DNA of 63,813 bases, the filler included, from Octopus bimaculoides (taxonomy: Eukaryota), in the NCBI RefSeq assembly GCF_001194135.2. It is 6 parts of 5 records of this genome, joined end to end, with 100 filler letters (N's around TTAATTAATTAA, not from the genome) between each part and the next. Parts side by side here need not be neighbours in the genome. Positions count along the whole stretch, not along the records: positions 61,884 to 63,813 come from NW_026343308.1; 5 more parts are not named here. One strand, written 5' to 3'. Of this stretch, positions 61,990 through 63,813 are shown one piece after another. How positions within the stretch are numbered: position 1 is the first letter of the stretch; each line of letters starts with the position of its first letter. The position numbers and the translations under genes are program-made. The notes below the pieces were generated by a model. The model was not told the DNA's origin. It saw nothing but the letters and a program-made list of their open reading frames with translations, and ran no database searches.

Positions 61990-63813
61990 GGTGATGCCTG
62001 TAACAGAATGTCCGGTATCCACAGACAACCAAATCTCTCTGTCAGCGATATATGGAATTTCAGCGGCTCCTGGTCAGTTCCAAGCAGTCGATCATTTTGC
62101 GGACATCTATCAACGTGTGGTGTGAACCGGTTTAACTTTCACAGGCGTCCCCGACATTTGAGCATCTCCCCAGCCGAACTCTCGGCCCTTCGATGTCTCC
62201 GACGCTGCAAAGACATTATCATAAAATCGGCCGACAAAGGTGGAGCCGTTGTGGTGTGGCACGCAGAACTCTCCGCCAACTTCAAGACACCTATTGCCCT
62301 CTGCCCTCTGCCCTCCAACCCCTCGCCTAGCTACCAATACACTGTGTCCTCCACTATCTATGACCTCATCTCCTCTTCCCGTCTCCATTCCACCGCCTCC
62401 AATCTGATTGTCCGCACTCTTCACCCCCCACTATTTACTTCCTTCTCCAAATCCACAAGACCAACAACCCTGGCCGCCACNNNNNNNNNNNNNNNNNNNN
62501 NNNNNNNNNNNNNNNNNNNNNNNNNNNNNNNNNNNNNNNNNNNNNNNNNNNNNNNNNNNNNNNNNNNNNNNNNNNNNNNNNNNNNNNNNNNNNNNNNNNN
62601 NNNNNNNNNNNNNNNNNNNNNNNNNNNNNNNNNNNNNNNNNNNNNNNNNNNNNNNNNNNNNNNNNNNNNNNNNNNNNNNNNNNNNNNNNNNNNNNNNNNN
62701 NNNNNNNNNNNNNNNNNNNNNNNNNNNNNNNNNNNNNNNNNNNNNNNNNNNNNNNNNNNNNNNNNNNNNNNNNNNNNNNNNNNNNNNNNNNNNNNNNNNN
62801 NNNNNNNNNNNNNNNNNNNNNNNNNNNNNNNNNNNNNNNNNNNNNNNNNNNNNNNNNNNNNNNNNNNNNNNNNNNNNNNNNNNNNNNNNNNNNNNNNNNN
62901 NNNNNNNNNNNNNNNNNNNNNNNNNNNNNNNNNNNNNNNNNNNNNNNNNNNNNNNNNNNNNNNNNNNNNNNNNNNNNNNNNNNNNNNNNNNNNNNNNNNN
63001 NNNNNNNNNNNNNNNNNNNNNNNNNNNNNNNNNNNNNNNNNNNNNNNNNNNNNNNNNNNNNNNNNNNNNNNNNNNNNNNNNNNNNNNNNNNNNNNNNNNN
63101 NNNNNNNNNNNNNNNNNNNCATGGGAACGAGAATGGGCTCCAACTATGCGAACCTATTCGCTAGCTACGTTGAGGCCCAAATATTTTCAAGATTCACTAG
63201 TCCCACTCCTGAACTATACGGTCGTTATATTGATGACTGTATCGGTGCTACCCGCTCTCCCGCGAACAACTAGACTCTTTTCTCTCTTTTGTCTAATCCT
63301 TCTATCCTGCCCTCGAATTCTCCTGCATCATTTCCAACACTTCCGTTGCCTTTCTCGACATTTCAGTCAACATACACAGCTCTGCTCTTACTACCTCCAT
63401 CCACTACAAGCACACCGACTCACACTCATACCTTAACTTCTCTTCCTCCCACCCTACCAACACCAAGCTCTCCATCCTCTACTCCCAATTCCTCCGTCTG
63501 CGCAGGGTCTACAGTGACAATCATGACTTTGAGACTCAGTCTCAACTCATGGCTCGCTACTTCATCCTTCGTGGATATCACTTTACCGCTATCTACATCG
63601 CCCTTGCCAGAGCACGTTCCATGGACCGTGCCGCTGCTCTCTCTCCTCGCACTCGCCCCGTCGTTGCCCGTTTCCCTGTTTCCCCTCACCTACCACCTCT
63701 CCACTCTGCCCCTCCAGCACACCATTCTCCAAGCCTTCCGGCGACCCCAGTTCAAGTCTTCTACTTCGCACATCTTCCCCAACATACCCCTTCCCTCCTT
63801 CAAACGAACCCAC
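61990..63813 (+). mobile_element. Penelope-like element reverse transcriptase (partial, frameshifted, gapped)
   Basis: IIIKSADKGGAVVVW; MGTRMGSNYANLF; GRYIDD catalytic motif. After a frameshift near 63270: VAFLDI...YKHTDSHSYLNFSSSHP...SQFLRLRRVYS..DF...RGY. Confidence 0.9.

Overview
AT-rich, microsatellite- and transposon-dense animal genomic DNA. The repeat landscape suggests an octopus (coleoid cephalopod) draft assembly; this is an inference, not database-checked. Five identical artificial 100-nt spacers (44 N + TTAATTAATTAA + 44 N) split the window into six probably unlinked segments: 1-26414, 26515-30199, 30300-37570, 37671-56871, 56972-61783 and 61884-63813. Almost all listed ORFs are artefacts of microsatellites or N gaps. 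Supportable host coding sequence is limited to two + strand exons of a Scribble-like PDZ gene (30867-30989, 36873-36950) and a signal-peptide exon of an unidentified secreted or membrane protein (50607-50867). The rest is transposon-derived: four tRNA-derived SINE families; R4/Dong-like, RTE and Tx1/L1 LINE fragments; Penelope-like elements (PLEs); a decayed Helitron; Tc1/mariner fragments; hAT and pogo MITEs; and a modular foldback repeat. The most notable observations are a type I hammerhead ribozyme fold in an inverted pseudo-LTR beside PLE fragments (29989-30047), a 23-bp hairpin (16723-16773), the foldback family (24935-25260, 40141-41460), a recurring tail-to-tail LINE/(AAT)n/SINE arrangement, and a missing canonical splice donor in the scribble intron. 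Repeat boundaries were read by eye and are approximate.
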